From Moniliella sp. 'wahieum' (lineage: Eukaryota), in contig RSEE01000153.1 of NCBI GenBank assembly GCA_003971905.1, positions 1 through 64,000 on the forward strand: a stretch of DNA of 64,000 nt, in the 5' to 3' direction. The notes beneath the pieces are model-generated. The model did not search any database. It saw nothing but the letters and a program-made list of their open reading frames with translations, and was not told the origin of the DNA. Position 1 is the first letter of the stretch, and each line of letters starts with the position of its first letter. Positions 1 to 12,949 of this stretch are shown piece after piece. Both the position numbers and the translations under genes were made by a program.

Positions 1-48
1 TGGCGAGCAGAAGCTGTCGATGCTGGGGCTGGGATGGAGTGCGGCCAT
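1..48 (-). CDS. Possible 5' end of a gene running off the left edge (MAALHPSPSIDSFCSP...)
   Basis: CACC-ATG-G start context on the minus strand at 48; the frame is open to the window edge and GC-rich promoter-like DNA lies upstream. Only 16 codons are visible. Confidence 0.25.
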   Translation of the reverse strand, partial: MAALHPSPSIDSFCSP

Positions 49-436
49 GGTGCGGCCAAGAAGGAGACAGCGTCAGAACGAGGCCCGCTGTACGTGGGGG
101 GCGCAGCAGGCCGTGGCGTGGCTAGGCTCTGGCTCGCGGGCTCTGGTCGGGCAGCGGCAGTCGCCCCGCCTCGGCGCGCCGACTCAGCGACTCAGCTCAG
201 CGCAGCACGCCCGCTCTCCGATCTCACCTCTCACATCGCCCGCTGCCAAGCCGCCGCCGCCCGCCGCACACTGCCCTCATGCTGCGTCAGCGCGAAGCCC
301 AGCCGCCCAGCCAGCACGGGGCCACTCGCCGTGCCAAAGATCACCAATCACCGATCGCACTCGTCATGCGTCATGCCAGCCACCGTCCAGAGCCTCCGCC
401 TGTCCACGCCCGAACGTCGACACGTAATGTCTTTCG

Positions 437-570
437 TGAAGCGTGAAGCTTGAAGCTTGAAGCCTGCGGAGGCGCCATCCCCCCTGAAGCTTGAAGCTTG
501 ACTTGAAGCCTCACATGAAGCTTGAAGCTTAAAGGGGCTCAGCTTCAAGGCGCTCAAGCTTGGGCTCAAG
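437..570. repeat. Patch of tandem symmetric heptamers, CTTGAAG type
   Basis: CTTGAAG twice at 449-462; further tgaagcttgaagcttga runs at 485-533; ctcaag/ctcagc variants to about 570. Confidence 0.85.
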
Positions 571-2442
571 CGGCCAAGTGACGCGGAGGGCGTGACCCGT
601 GGCCTGGCGTGACTACAAGACCAAGACGCTGCGCGTTGTTGCGTATCCATATGATTCAGCATGGTATCCTTTCGCTACGATGGTGTTCTGCTCAGTGTCA
701 GAGGGGAGCTCGGGCAGTTTTGTTACAGAGGGACTCGCGAAATATAGATCCAGCCCCAAGAGCCTGGGGTGAGATCTGAGAACGAACGGGCACAAAAGCC
801 CGTCCAGACCCTCCGAGGTAGGAGCCGCGTACGTAGGTCGTCAGACCAGCTGAAGGCGTCCAGGAGGCTCTGGAGTAAACGCGGTTTCCCGGTGGCGTTA
901 CCACACTCGACGTTGTGCTGTAGTAGGCGAATCAGACGGAATCCTAACGAAGACAAGCGCTACTGGAGTAACCATGCATAGTCGACGTAAGTTGGACATC
1001 GTGAGGCTGGTAGAAGGTGAATAGAGGTAAATGTAACAGGGCGAACAGTGTGAACGGGACAGGCTGTCGATAAGGACCACACACAGCCTTAGACAATGGC
1101 TGCTTATATACCTCATGACAGGTATAAGCAAAACGTGGGGATCTTTCCAGAGAGGGAAAGACTACACAGCCCGTGCTCTCAAAGGCGCTGACGCTACGCA
1201 ATCGGGCACAGTAGCAAGGGTTCGACCATCTGGGCGCGATGGGCACACAGCATCGTACCGATGAGCCTTGCGGCCACATGGCAGGCCGCGGACGATATGC
1301 GCAGCATGGATAAGGGTCCGCCGGCTCCCTCGCTAGTCTAGCGGGACTGACGCATGTTTGGGTAAGGTGTCTACGACATACGGGGCTCCGAGTCTGGAGA
1401 TAACCTGAGCGCCCCGGAACAATGTGGGAGGTTGGGCATGCTTCATTCGTTTCTCGAATTCGCTTGCTCGAGCACAAGAACAACTTGATGCCCCCCCAGG
1501 CCCCATCCCTGTATACGTTCCATATATATAGTATGAACGTATCCTCTCTTGTTTTGCATGTACCGCCCTCCAGAATAACGCACCTGTCTGGTGACTTCCT
1601 CTCGTCCCTGAGTCCCTCCAGTTGTGGGGTTAACATCCCCATTCAAGTGTTACCACCAAACGCTACCATACCTCGCATATCAACCAACAGTATACTGATC
1701 TCTACGCCCTTGGACTTCCATCTTGCCGTATATGATGGAACGAGCGGGAGCCACTGCAGGGATCCATTTGTCCACTCTTTTACCTTCAGAGTTCCCCCCC
1801 AAAGCATCATCAGAGGTATGGATCACGTGCGCGAGCCCTTGTACAGGGGAGCTTCATACCCTATAGTCAGCCGAGTGATTGCAAATGACGGTTAACGGGT
1901 CGAGAAGAAACGCCAGGCGCTCCGCGCTCAGTGGGTGAGCGCTCGGTGCTCAGGTTAGTCCCGTCCAAGTCTCCTACTATGCCTACTGCGGTTTCTATTA
2001 CCCCCCGCTAGCATCTCAGTCGATTCCTCCCTCCCTCCCTCCATCGATCCATCTACTCTTCGTATAACATGGAGTGTGCAACAATGTGCAAGTCCCAGTC
2101 GAGGGGGTCGCATCCTAGGAGTCCCAGTAAACCCGCAACAGTCTGTGAGTTATAGAGCGAGGAGGGAATGATAACCATACTGATGTGGGGGCGACAAGAC
2201 CAAAAAGACAATAACTTAGACCACAAACAAGGTCAAACCGGTTCCGCTTCACGGGGGGGAGAGGAAGCATGAACCAACCGGAAGGGGGGAGGAAGAAGAC
2301 GAGGAGAGGAGGAGGAGAAAAGGAAACGAAAAGGAGAAAGAGAAAAAGAGGCAGGGTACGTCCCATCTTCCCATACGCTCGCCTCTCGAAAGCCATCCAT
2401 TCACGGTGGCAACCAGAGGGGGGGAAGGGAGAAGCGGCCGGC

Positions 2443-4247
2443 TCAGCTGGCCAAGCCTTCGAGCGTGAACACGTCCCTTGGGTCCAAGTCGTTGTTTGGG
2501 CCGAGCCGCACGCCTCATCGTACGGCAAGGCAAACTCGTTCCCCCAAAGAGCAGCCAGATCGCTAGTCTCGGCACTGCGCATTTCCCTTGTAGAAACGTC
2601 GGCCGAGGCGGGGGCGAGCGCCCCAGCTGGCTCTGAGAGAGCGATTGCGGGACCTTGCAGAGTGCCGGGCGCGGAGGAGGCGTGAGAGGCTGCAACCGCG
2701 TGGGGCGACGCGGTGCGGGAGGTGGGTGACTTGGTGGGCACGACGTGATGCACCATTGGGATGGACTACAGGCCGGAGCTTGCGTTGGGCATGGGTGCAA
2801 GTGGGGGCAGGAGGCGGGGCGGAAAGGGCTTGGGAGGGAGACGGCGAGAAAGACTGTCAACCATTTTGGTTTGCATAAAGGTACGAATGCTAGCCATCTG
2901 CTGTTGCATCTGCAGGTACGTGTGGAGGAGAAGTCCTTGCTGGGCCAGAGCCGCCGGGTCCGCAAGGCCGACTGGGTCGAGCCATTCTTGCGGTGGCGAA
3001 ATGTGCGCTTCGGGCGGGGGGAAGTGACAAGAAGTGGGACCAAAGCTTAATGGCTTGGCCGTATCTCCTTCGCCCAACGAGCTACTCATCTGGTATCCCC
3101 TCAAGCGCGACTGGAGTTGAGGGTCAAACCCAGTGCAGGAGGCATTAGTCGCGGGGCTGGGGGTCAAAGGAAGAGCTTCGTCCGAAACGCTTGAGTGGGA
3201 CGAAGGACTCAGAACCGGTACAGGTTCCACTGCCGTTGCAACCGAAGAGGAAAACGAGGCTCGAGGTGGGGCCGAAGCCAAGGAGGATGTTGAAGGCATC
3301 CGTTGAAGGGTGCTCCCTTCCGAGGTGGGCCCAGAGGAGGCAAATGCACCGCCTCGGTAGGGCATAGAGTAGGTTTACAGGGGGTAGCCCAGACACTGAG
3401 TGCACCAATTGGGCGGCCAAGGGTGAGGGTCCTTGCCCCCTGCACGTGGTTTGCCACTTGGTTAGATGGGAAGAAAAGGCTGGGAAGCAAATTTCAGCTC
3501 CTCGAAGCGGGTGTACTGCTTGAAGTTGGGAAATGCGAAAGCAAGTCTCCTGGCATAGAGGATCCGTCAAGGCCTGGAGACACATTTGTAGAGGACCGTG
3601 TGTCGTCTGACGAGGCACTATTGACCACGTTGGCCACGTGCGTCGCAGGCGTATCCGTGGTCGTGGTAGTGGTAGAGATAGAGTTGGCTGTAACAGCCAG
3701 CGCAGCCTTCTTGCCTGTTTTGGCACCGGATGCACGACGGGCAAACTGGGCGCAACGCGCGCACTTGTTCTCTCTCTTCGGTGCACGACATGCAGGCTGT
3801 GAGGCGCATCCAGCATGACGAGGGGTAGAGAGAGGGAATAAGGGTCAATTCCAGGTCAAGGAGGGATGGTTTGAGGACCGAGGAAGCAAACGACATACCT
3901 TTGTTGTGCTTGCGGAGCTGGGCTGTAGCGAGACTGCCCTCAGGCAGCCCATCCTTGTGCAAACGAGCGTGGCGAACAAGTGAATCATGGCGACTGAACG
4001 ACTTGAGGCAGCACGGGCACTCGAAGGGGCGGTAGTCTACGTGGCGGTATTCATGGCGTTGGAGGTGGAGGAGAAGCCCAAACGAGCGGCCACAGTGTCC
4101 ACACACAAATTGGCGCTGCGCCGACGCTTTGCCAAGCATCGCACCTGTGGTGTCCAGCGGGTCAGCGCTGCTGCGCCGGCGGGGGCCGGGCAGGTGAGCG
4201 GCGATGTTGAGCACCGGGCTGGAAATGCGTCCGCTGTGGGCATCCAT
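2443..4247 (-). CDS. C2H2 zinc-finger transcription factor (two N-terminal fingers, Ser/Pro-rich C-terminus); intron-containing and frameshifted as assembled
   Basis: FVCGHCGRSFGLLLHLQRHEYRHVDYRPFECPCCLKSFSRHDSLVRHARLH in ORF 3618..4280; ATG at 4247; GTATGT donor at 3898; low-complexity ORFs continue to a plausible stop at 2443. Confidence 0.8.
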
Positions 4248-5619
4248 GGCGGGGGGGAGTGAAAGTGGTGGGAGAAGCAAGACTGCGCCGGAGAGGGAAT
4301 AAAAGGCGTGGAAGGAAACGCGTGAGGCCTGAGAGGGTATATATGAACCCGTCCTGTCTGTGGTGGCCTGCGCCGGCCCGGCCGCGGTGACGGGTGAGCG
4401 GGAGGCGGGAGGCGGGAGATGTGGCCTCAGGCCGAGGCGTCGGCGCCTCAGCGCTCAACGGGCCTCAGTCTGCGGTCTGAGACTCAGATCCGAGGGGGCG
4501 GAGGCACGGAAGCGGACATAGCCACACGGCCCCTGTGCCCAGACGGCGTGGTTGCGGACGCTTCCCCCCGTGGCGCATGATACAGCACTCGCGTTAGGCC
4601 CGTTAGCCGCTCCCACCGTCCGCCACTGGCCCTGTGTCGGGGACGACTGGCTGCTGCCACGCCGTTTGGGCGCTTTCTTGCGTTGCTCGCGGTCGGCACG
4701 GGGGCAGGAGGCACGGGTCTGCACGCTTAAGCCCGCACCCCACGGGGGCAGTAGCCGGCCGTGGCAGCGGCAAGGGGCACATGCACTGCACGTGTGCCCG
4801 GGCTGGCTGGGTCTGGGGCTGTGTGACATGGGATGTGTGATGTGTGATGCATGATGGGGCACTGCACCCTGCGCTGTGCTGCCGTGCCTTGCCACCCCCG
4901 GCCTAGAATCCAAGGTGAAGCTTACGCGCTTGACGCGTGAGGGCGCCTGAGCGCCGACAACGCGCTCGTTCGGCAGGGCAGCCAGCGCAAGCGAGGCCAA
5001 CGAAACCCGTTGGCAGACCGCATCGTGGCCAGCTCCGCTCCAGCAGTCCCAGTCGCGCTGAGCCGCTGAGCCGCGAACCTGAGCGTTCGCTCGGCGTCCT
5101 GGGTGCGTTGCGCGATGCATGATCCCCGACGGTTGCGATATGCCAGCATGAGGTAGCTGGTTACCCGTTACCACCTTCGGTACCATCGGTAATCCGTACC
5201 CTTGTAACATGCAACATGCAACCACGCAACATGTAACCCTCCTGGCCCTCGCAACGCCACCATGCTAATACAGAGGGCAGCACCATGCCCATGTAACGCT
5301 CTTGCAAAGCGGCCGCAGCCTCTCCGCCGCGGCGCGGCGGCGCCGCAGGCCTGCATCTCGCGAGCGTGCATAGTATGCCACCCGCGCCCGTTAGTGCGCA
5401 GGGCACCCGCAACAGTACACTCAGGGAAGGTCCGGGAGCGGAGGCATTGGCACGCTGTGCCTTTCCCCCCCGCACTCCCTAAGGTCTAGGCGTGCCGTCC
5501 AGGTCGGTAGACGAGAGCAGACCACATGGATGTGCTGCTTTCAGCTTATGCCGGTTTGATCGAAACCAAAGTGCGCACAATACTATCGCCCGGCCTGATC
5601 GCCCGATTTGGGCTCAAGC

Positions 5620-6560
5620 GCTCAAGTCGAGCAAGCTAGCGCCCAAACTGATAATCGATGATCGATGATCGATGATCTGACAAAAACGAGCAACTTGCGC
5701 CGGAGGCGGCCCAATGCTTCCCTAAAGCTTATTGGAGCTTGAAGCATGAAGCTTGAAGCTTGAAGCTTGTTGAACGTCTGACTCCACATAGCGCGCCAAA
5801 GCAGCTGCCATCGTCACGCTCAAGCTAGCTCTCTGCAGACCTAAACTTTACAACAAGCTCCTGAGGACGCAGCAGTGCGGATGCACTCGGCAGACGCTCG
5901 GCTCCGAAAGGGGTGTGGTCCTATGGGCAGGAATTTGGTTGCCGGCTAGATACTTCCGCGGAGCACCAACGTCCAACCCTTGGGTCTTGGGCCCCTACCA
6001 CGACCGAAACGTTTCTGTGGCAAATCAGTATATCATTGCTAGGCGTTCATCCGATCATCAATGTTCGATGTACTCAATCAACGTTGACGTTTAACGTTTG
6101 ACCGTAAAAAACGTTAAAAGTTCGGTACGCTCAGCACATTCTAAACGTTCAAGCTTCAAGCTCAAAGCTTGGCGCGGTGCTCTTGTGCGCAAGCACAAGC
6201 GGAGGGCCGGGATAGTGCCTGAGCTCCTGCGGAGCAAAGCGACCCACGAGACAGAGGCCACACCATGCATCATGCATCATGGCGGCAGTCGGTGAATGTG
6301 GCAAATATGTGCCTGCGGAGGGATGCAATTCTGAAGGTGTGTGTGACGGAGACAGGCGAAACACGTCCAACGGCCAACTCCGAGTATAAAACGCTAGGCG
6401 CTAGCAACGCGTAACGTGTAACGCAACGCGCATAACGCGCAACGCGCAACGAACCGATACATGTGCCAAATCATTTGTGCGCCCCCAGGCTAAGCGCTGT
6501 GCGCGGGCGACTCTTCGCTCAGGCGCTCAGGCCTCCCTCAGGCCTCAGGCCTCAGGCTGA
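5620..6560. repeat. Several patches of tandem symmetric heptamers (GATGATC, CTTGAAG, AACGTT-centred, CATCATG, CCTCAGG)
   Basis: (GATGATC)3 at 5657-5677; aagctt runs at 5736-5768 and 6145-6170; (CATCATG)2 at 6268-6281; (CCTCAGG)3 at 6536-6556. Confidence 0.85.
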
Positions 6561-9500
6561 GTCCACAGGGAAACATCCTCTCGAATTTCAAAGGCCTCGA
6601 GAGCCATACCGCGCAGTCTCGCCGTGAACCATACATAGTAGCCAGCGCCCACATATGGGTTGCACATTGCACGTTACGTTACACCACCGCCAACCTGGAG
6701 GGAAAGGAGCCGAAGGCGGAAGCGACGGTATCCGTACTACTGTTCACAAATTATCGTCAACATCCTCGACATCATCTCACATGAACAAAACAAATGTCAA
6801 GTGTGGGAGTCGATGGCCAGAGAAGCGACTGCGGCAGAGAGGATCCCCACAGTTCACAAACACGTATAATACCAGCGAAAGGTATATCCGGTCTAGTAGC
6901 CGGTAATCGCTAAAACTAGTGATCGTCTCATGTAGCCCCACAAGCGGAGCCCCTAATAATACTTGCGGTGCCTGCATCTGTGCATCAGCTAGGTGCATCC
7001 CTCGCCATACCTGCTTGCCACCGCATTTTTCACTCAAACAAAAACGGGTGAAACCTGGGTGTTCAAACCCACTGATGACGCTGCATTGCGTGCATAACCT
7101 GAGGCCTGAGTGCCTGAGGTGAGGGCCAAACCGCCCAAAGGCTAATCTACAGGTGTCTACGGTCCAGTCATATATCATATCGCAAGTTACAACAAACCCT
7201 TCTGCGGCATGAGATCCCTCCTCAGATCTCAGGGCCTCATCGCCTCTTCCATCAACCTCATCGATCCCAGCCTGCACCATCAGACTTGGGCCTCATCGAT
7301 TGGAGGAATCGAGGTAATTAACCCTTCAGGCTCTCATATCAAGGATCAGGATCAGGCATCAGGGATGTATCAGGCCTCATGCTGAGGGGCAACATATGGA
7401 TCATTTTCCGGTGGTGCATGCCAACCACGAGACCGGCATTGCGTGTGTTACTGAGAGGATTATATGCAGTGTTGTGCAACACTGTAAGTCCACATGGCCG
7501 TGGCGTATTCCTGTCCATTACGGCACGTTTTAAACACTGGCATGAACATGTAAAAAAACCCACGGTTCGTTACTGATCCCATCGCCTTGATATATGATAG
7601 TTGGCATGCAGTGGCATATCGCCTTGAAGTCAGACCTGAGGCCGGCCTGAGGCAGGCCTGAGGCCTACAAAGCCATAAGCATCACTAGTATGTAACACTC
7701 GAAACGTCCCTCACTCGGCGGCTATACGTCCCCCTGTAAGTGAAGCACAGCAATGGTTTAATCGTCTGTTCTAGTTCACCTCCTCTTTGGTTTTTTCTTT
7801 ATCCCGTAACCATATATCAACTCTCTTTTCCTTCGACACATATAGCTGTGGCTGGATCTTTTGTCGGCGAACCGGCTTGTGCATGTCATCACCACAGAGG
7901 GTTCATGACAGTGACGAACGGGCTCATATAGAGCCCCCATTCATATATTGTTGAGGGTTACCCTCAGAGGAAATGAGCGGCTCCCGACAAAAAACAGTAT
8001 TCATGTATGCAGACGGCGGATCCGACCCGAAGCGAAACCGGCGGTTGGGGCGATATTGGCTTTATTCAGTAAAGAGGGCAATTAGGGCTGGTGTGGCAAT
8101 GATAACACCGCAGTGTGGATCTTTGCTTTGTTACTGCCAACTCGTCCCTATACTGGCTTTGGGACAGATAAGTGAGTAACTGTCACGGTCCTCTTAGCTA
8201 ATCAGGGGAATCTTCTCACCACTCTCCCCGCCGATCCTGTTCTCCCTTCTCCACCAGTGCATCCTTGGCTTCCCTTGGTACTTGGTCTCACTCGTATCGC
8301 CCGACTCTTACATAGTAACTACCGTAATTACCGCGATAATCTATGTCTTCTATTAGGCGACCTTTCTTTCCAGTTTTCTTTCCAATATCTATGAAAAAGA
8401 AGCAGAGAATGAACGAGCATGGTGAATGTAATGAATAGTTCCCACTGTAATCACGTAGGGATGAATATATAACTTGCAATGATCGCGTCGGGAGATCCTG
8501 TGAAACAACTGTGATAAATCGGAGGCGTTGTGTGGGTTCCGAAAACTTATGGGAGCGTTGCGTGGGCGTTATACGTACCCGTGGGACACAGCGCTGCAAA
8601 AGTGTCTCTGTTTTTCCTTCCGGTATGTTCGAGTGTAACACATGTACAACCGACTGCAAACAATAATCTCACTCTCTCCTGAGGCTCAGGACTCGGCCTG
8701 AATACTGAGTACCACATGAGCCCCTCTTTGACATGTCTCCTCGAGCCCAAGGCCTAAGGCCTCATTCATTACCATGTGCTTTCCTACAAGACCAATCATA
8801 TCCTTTTATTAATCTCTACACACTGTGGGTTGTCTTGTCCCCCTGGTGTCACTCTCTCGCCAACCCACTTCGTTGATACATACTCGGGCTTGAGATATCT
8901 GAATCCGCGGCCAACGGCCTGGCCTTTTCTTCCCACCAAACGCTCGCAAGTAGTCTGATTATGCTTTGTGGTTCAGAACGCATGGCCTCTCGGAAACATT
9001 TTGGTCCCACCAAAAGGACATATACCACGTCTCACCCATAATGTACAGCATGGTGGCCCAATACTCCTCTGAAAATGATATCTGGGAGGGGGGAAAGAGG
9101 GTCTATCCCCTTGCCGTTGTAGTCGCCTCTGTAGGAAACGATCAGGCTAACGCACTTCTTCTCTTTCACGCACTTTCCGACAAACTCCATGTCGTGAGTG
9201 GCTCGATTGTCCATCACAGGCAGAAACGTGCCCATTCCCCCATCGTACGGATCCCGGATCAACCACATCGACTTTTGCTATAGGATGTACCGAAGAGTCC
9301 CCAACATTAGACCGAGCTGCCACCGATCGGCGCCGCTCGTCTGGGCCGCGCCGTACTAACAGCTGAAAGCTTCTTAACAACGCGGAACCTTCGATTGGAT
9401 GAAGAAGGAGGTTGGCCGCCATCACATCATCTTCACTGCAGCATCGATTTTGATGTCATGCCTTGTCCATCCAAGGGAGCCACACACCTGCGATAGGTTT

Positions 9501-9989
9501 TCCTGGCCACAACTCCTGCACTTTCCTTTCTCGCTTTTACACCACCATCTTATAAAGCTGTGTGCTTATGACCAAAGAAAAGGCTCTCAAAAACAGCAGA
9601 GATGCACGTTAGAAACCTCTGTAAAGAGAAGCCCAAGTAGCCAAGCTGACATGTAGCAGGCCCTTATCCACACAAAAGGAATGCAAACGGAATAGATACC
9701 CTCCCCAAAGTCCCTCATAACAGTAGCAGGAGAGGGGTTATATATAGCATAGTATGCGATATATGTTTTGGCCATTCTCCACCGTGAATATATGCCTCAC
9801 ACAAAAGAACGCACAGGCCGACCACGTAGATCATGCCACCTTTCCTTTGCCTACGTCAAATCCTGACGCTCCCCCATCCTTATTAAGGACACACAGATGG
9901 AGGGAGAGAGGCGGTGCACGATGCTGATTCGGCATCTTTGGCAGGCCGCTGCTAGTTCGTGTCAATCAACCAAAGAGGAGGCCAATTGT

Positions 9990-10230
9990 TGAGTCGCCAG
10001 CAGGTCAGGATTCCCACGCCCCTCTGGCTCTCGCCATTCGCTTCCATAGGGGATATAGCTCGAGTGGATACGAATGATCGTGGTAGACCTTATTGCGACT
10101 CTTGAGTGTAAGACCTTTCGTCCAATGCTCAAATATGTTGTTGGCAGTCTTGGTGATATGTGTGCCCTTGTCGTCATGACGAAGGGGAGAGGAAAGTTTC
10201 TTCATGGTGGGTGCCACTCGACTTTGTTGC
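9990..10230 (-). mobile_element. Degenerate 3' fragment of a probable RLE-type (CRE/Cnl1-like) non-LTR retrotransposon; homologous to 19467-20035
   Basis: Frameshifted minus-strand translation LPFVMTTR/GTHITKTANNIFEHW...STTIIRIHSSYIPYGSEWREPEG aligns by eye with FSPLVLTTRGYYGTKTAGKMFAHW...STTFIRVHTRFLGYGTGWREPEG. Confidence 0.6.
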
Positions 10231-12949
10231 GCCGTGACCAACTGGCCGGACTCATATTCCCCCTACTGCCCGTTCAGTCCAAACACGAGGAGGCATACCA
10301 AGTATCGAGTGGAAGGGATGTCGGTTGTGAAGAGAAGAGCGGAGCGGAAGCCAACACAGGAGAACAAAGGAAAAGGCGCACAAGCGCGCAGATATAGCAG
10401 TGGCCTAGTGCCGCTGTCGCGCACGGTCTGTCTAGCCAAGCTACCAATCTCCACACGTCACGAGAGTGGAGGGTCTATAACATTGCTGTGCGTGTGTGTC
10501 AACCGTGTCAGTAAAACGTTTCGAGGTACCGGCGCAAAGTACAGCCTATGGCATAGCCAGCCCTACTGGCACTCCATCCTCAGGCATGAACCGGTCTTGA
10601 TCGTTGAATACAGACATGGTGGTCATTTAGTCTTACGAGACGGGATTTTCCTCTCCGTACAACGGAGGTGGAGGAGAGGGGGGAATACGATGTTATCTCA
10701 GATCTCACTCGCTATCCCCTCTGCGAATGCAAAAAGTGTTTAACGATGCTTCTTTTCTGGTCTGACATATAGGTGTACAGGTGCCGCTGGTTTGTAGGCA
10801 TGAGCTGCTAGCGACGACGGGCGCCTCCTACCCGTCCTTTTCGGGACAATGGCCGAACTAATGAATTACCGGAGAGAAGTTGTTACGTCAAACTCAAGGC
10901 ACAGAGACGAGACCTCTCATCGTCGGGTGTCCGATAAGAGTTTTGCCCCCGCCACTTTGATCACACCCAAGGTATTGACTATTAGGGATCGATTTTGGCG
11001 CTTTCACGGGTGGATTGTCCTTGTATATACTCTCACTCCTTCTCCCCACATTCTTCTTATTACTCAGTAAATTGTTCACTAGGAATGGCATTCAGTTCAC
11101 GGCCAAAGACCACCCCGAAATAATCGACATGGACAGCGAGACACTCGAAATGAGAAAGATCAGAGGTGAGGTGCGGGTGTAGAGGGCGAAATGCGACGGT
11201 GACAAAGAGTGGTCAATATCAGCAAAGAGAGAGAAATGGTGACAAAATTGGGGCTAGGCTCTCTACTGTTTTTGTTCCGTGGAGGCCGTCTGTTTAGTGA
11301 CTCTATCTGCCTCCCATCTTATTTTGCCCTTGATGGTCTCGGGCCTGAAGCTAAAAAGTTAGTTACTCGCGTGTGTCAATCGCACTCTCGTTCTCACATC
11401 CTCGTGTGGACTTTTTGTTTCTCGGTGTACTCACCGAACTCACCGAGGAGCGTATATCGCAAAAGCATTCGTCACAACAAATGGAGTCACTAGTGGCCGG
11501 AAGATTGCTGTGCGAGACGTTTTGGTTAAAGTCGGGCATTTGCTGCAGATCGCGCTCAGCGCTGTTATGGCCGCGTCGATCCGTCAGGCAGCGTCAGGTC
11601 CTTCTGTGACTCTTCCCGCGGGCCATCTTCAAATCGGATGTATGTCCTCCACAGTTTTCTGTTTCCACCGCTGATTCATGTTGTCGCAGAAGCTTGGGAA
11701 TGCATCACAAGTCGATGAAAGCACTATACATTTGGGCAGTAGTAGTAGGGACCGCAGTGGTTCGCGCGATTGATGCAACGGTTATGGGGAAAAGTGACAA
11801 CAAGAGTCCGTTCAATGATACACGTCATGTGGCATGCGACATGTGACGTGATCGCAACTAACGTGCATCCCGAACAGTCTCTGTCTACCATGGTCACTAA
11901 ACCACTGAACGGTGCGGGGGGAACTTTGGGAAGCACACACAAAACACATGAAGTGTGTGAAGTCTTCTCCTCGTCGACCGTCAACGCGTCCGGCCCGGTC
12001 GATCGATCAGACCTCCTCAGGTGCCGAAGTTGTGTCTATGATACAGAAGTTCTCCAAGATCTCGATCTCGATGTCCATAATACCATCTCCGAACCAGCGT
12101 GTGTGCTATATGTGTTAGTGTTAGCGTGATAGAGGAGAAGGGTGGATATTTCCTCTCGATCGTATCTATAGATGTGTTTTTTTTGTATGCTTTGTCCCTC
12201 ATGATGCGGGTTTGGGCTGGTTGGCTCCTCTGCGAAGCAACGTGGCCTCTAAAATCGGATGTACCTGAGACGATCAGTTAACAACGCATAAGCACTCAGT
12301 ACCCATGGCGCATGAGTCCATGAGTCGCATGGTTGCCATGATGATGCCAGCGAAAACCCATTCTTATACGAACGTCTGCCTCTTTTCTCAAGCAACGCCT
12401 TGTCGATCGGCAAAAGTGGTTTTGACGCGCCAGAGCCTTTGTTGTGATGGCGGGGGGGTTGGCGATGGTGGGTACCAGGAACATTTCTCATCGTCTTCGA
12501 TCATTGACGGGTACAGGAATTGAGAGTCTTCAAGCTTCAAGCTTCATCAGCGCTCAGCGGGCTTTTTGCACGGTGCAAAAGATGTTGCGTGCACCCGTCG
12601 GAATACTTTTTCACGATCCTAATCGAGTCCCTCTTCTAAATCCATCCCGCCAACACAATTAAGAAAGCGCAAATTGCAGTGCCAAGAACAATCCCGACGA
12701 GGCTGTTTCTGGCCTACGCCTGCTATTATGGGTGGCCGGTGGCGGTGCGGCCAAACCTTGTCTAGCCACGGTCTGCGGTGCCTGAAGAAAATGCTTGGCG
12801 AAAATGGGCCTTTCGGGGAAGGGGCATGTGCACTTCGTTTTTGAGGTACGCTGCATTGTCGTATGACATGACGAGTACTATTAATGGGTCGCGAACACGT
12901 TCCATTATATTTCCCTGAGCCTTCCATGAACGTGTACTATCACCACACC

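Noticed and set aside
437..570. Cloning-vector polylinker or synthetic contamination (many restriction-site hexamers)
   Set aside because: The sites occur as degenerate tandem arrays scattered through many intergenic regions, not as one ordered set of unique sites, and there is no vector backbone.
944..1895. ORFs of 157-232 aa on both strands
   Set aside because: No recognisable domain or splice structure; probably non-coding or decayed sequence.
3690..3795. Zn2Cys6 cluster in the first C2H2 gene (CMSC...CIRCQNRQEGC)
   Set aside because: It needs two compensating frameshifts, that frame soon stops, and the paralog supports a different frame; left unresolved.
7045..7075. tRNA-like T-arm (gggtgttcaaaccc)
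   Set aside because: The stem does not pair in the tRNA register, and no acceptor, D or anticodon arms were found.
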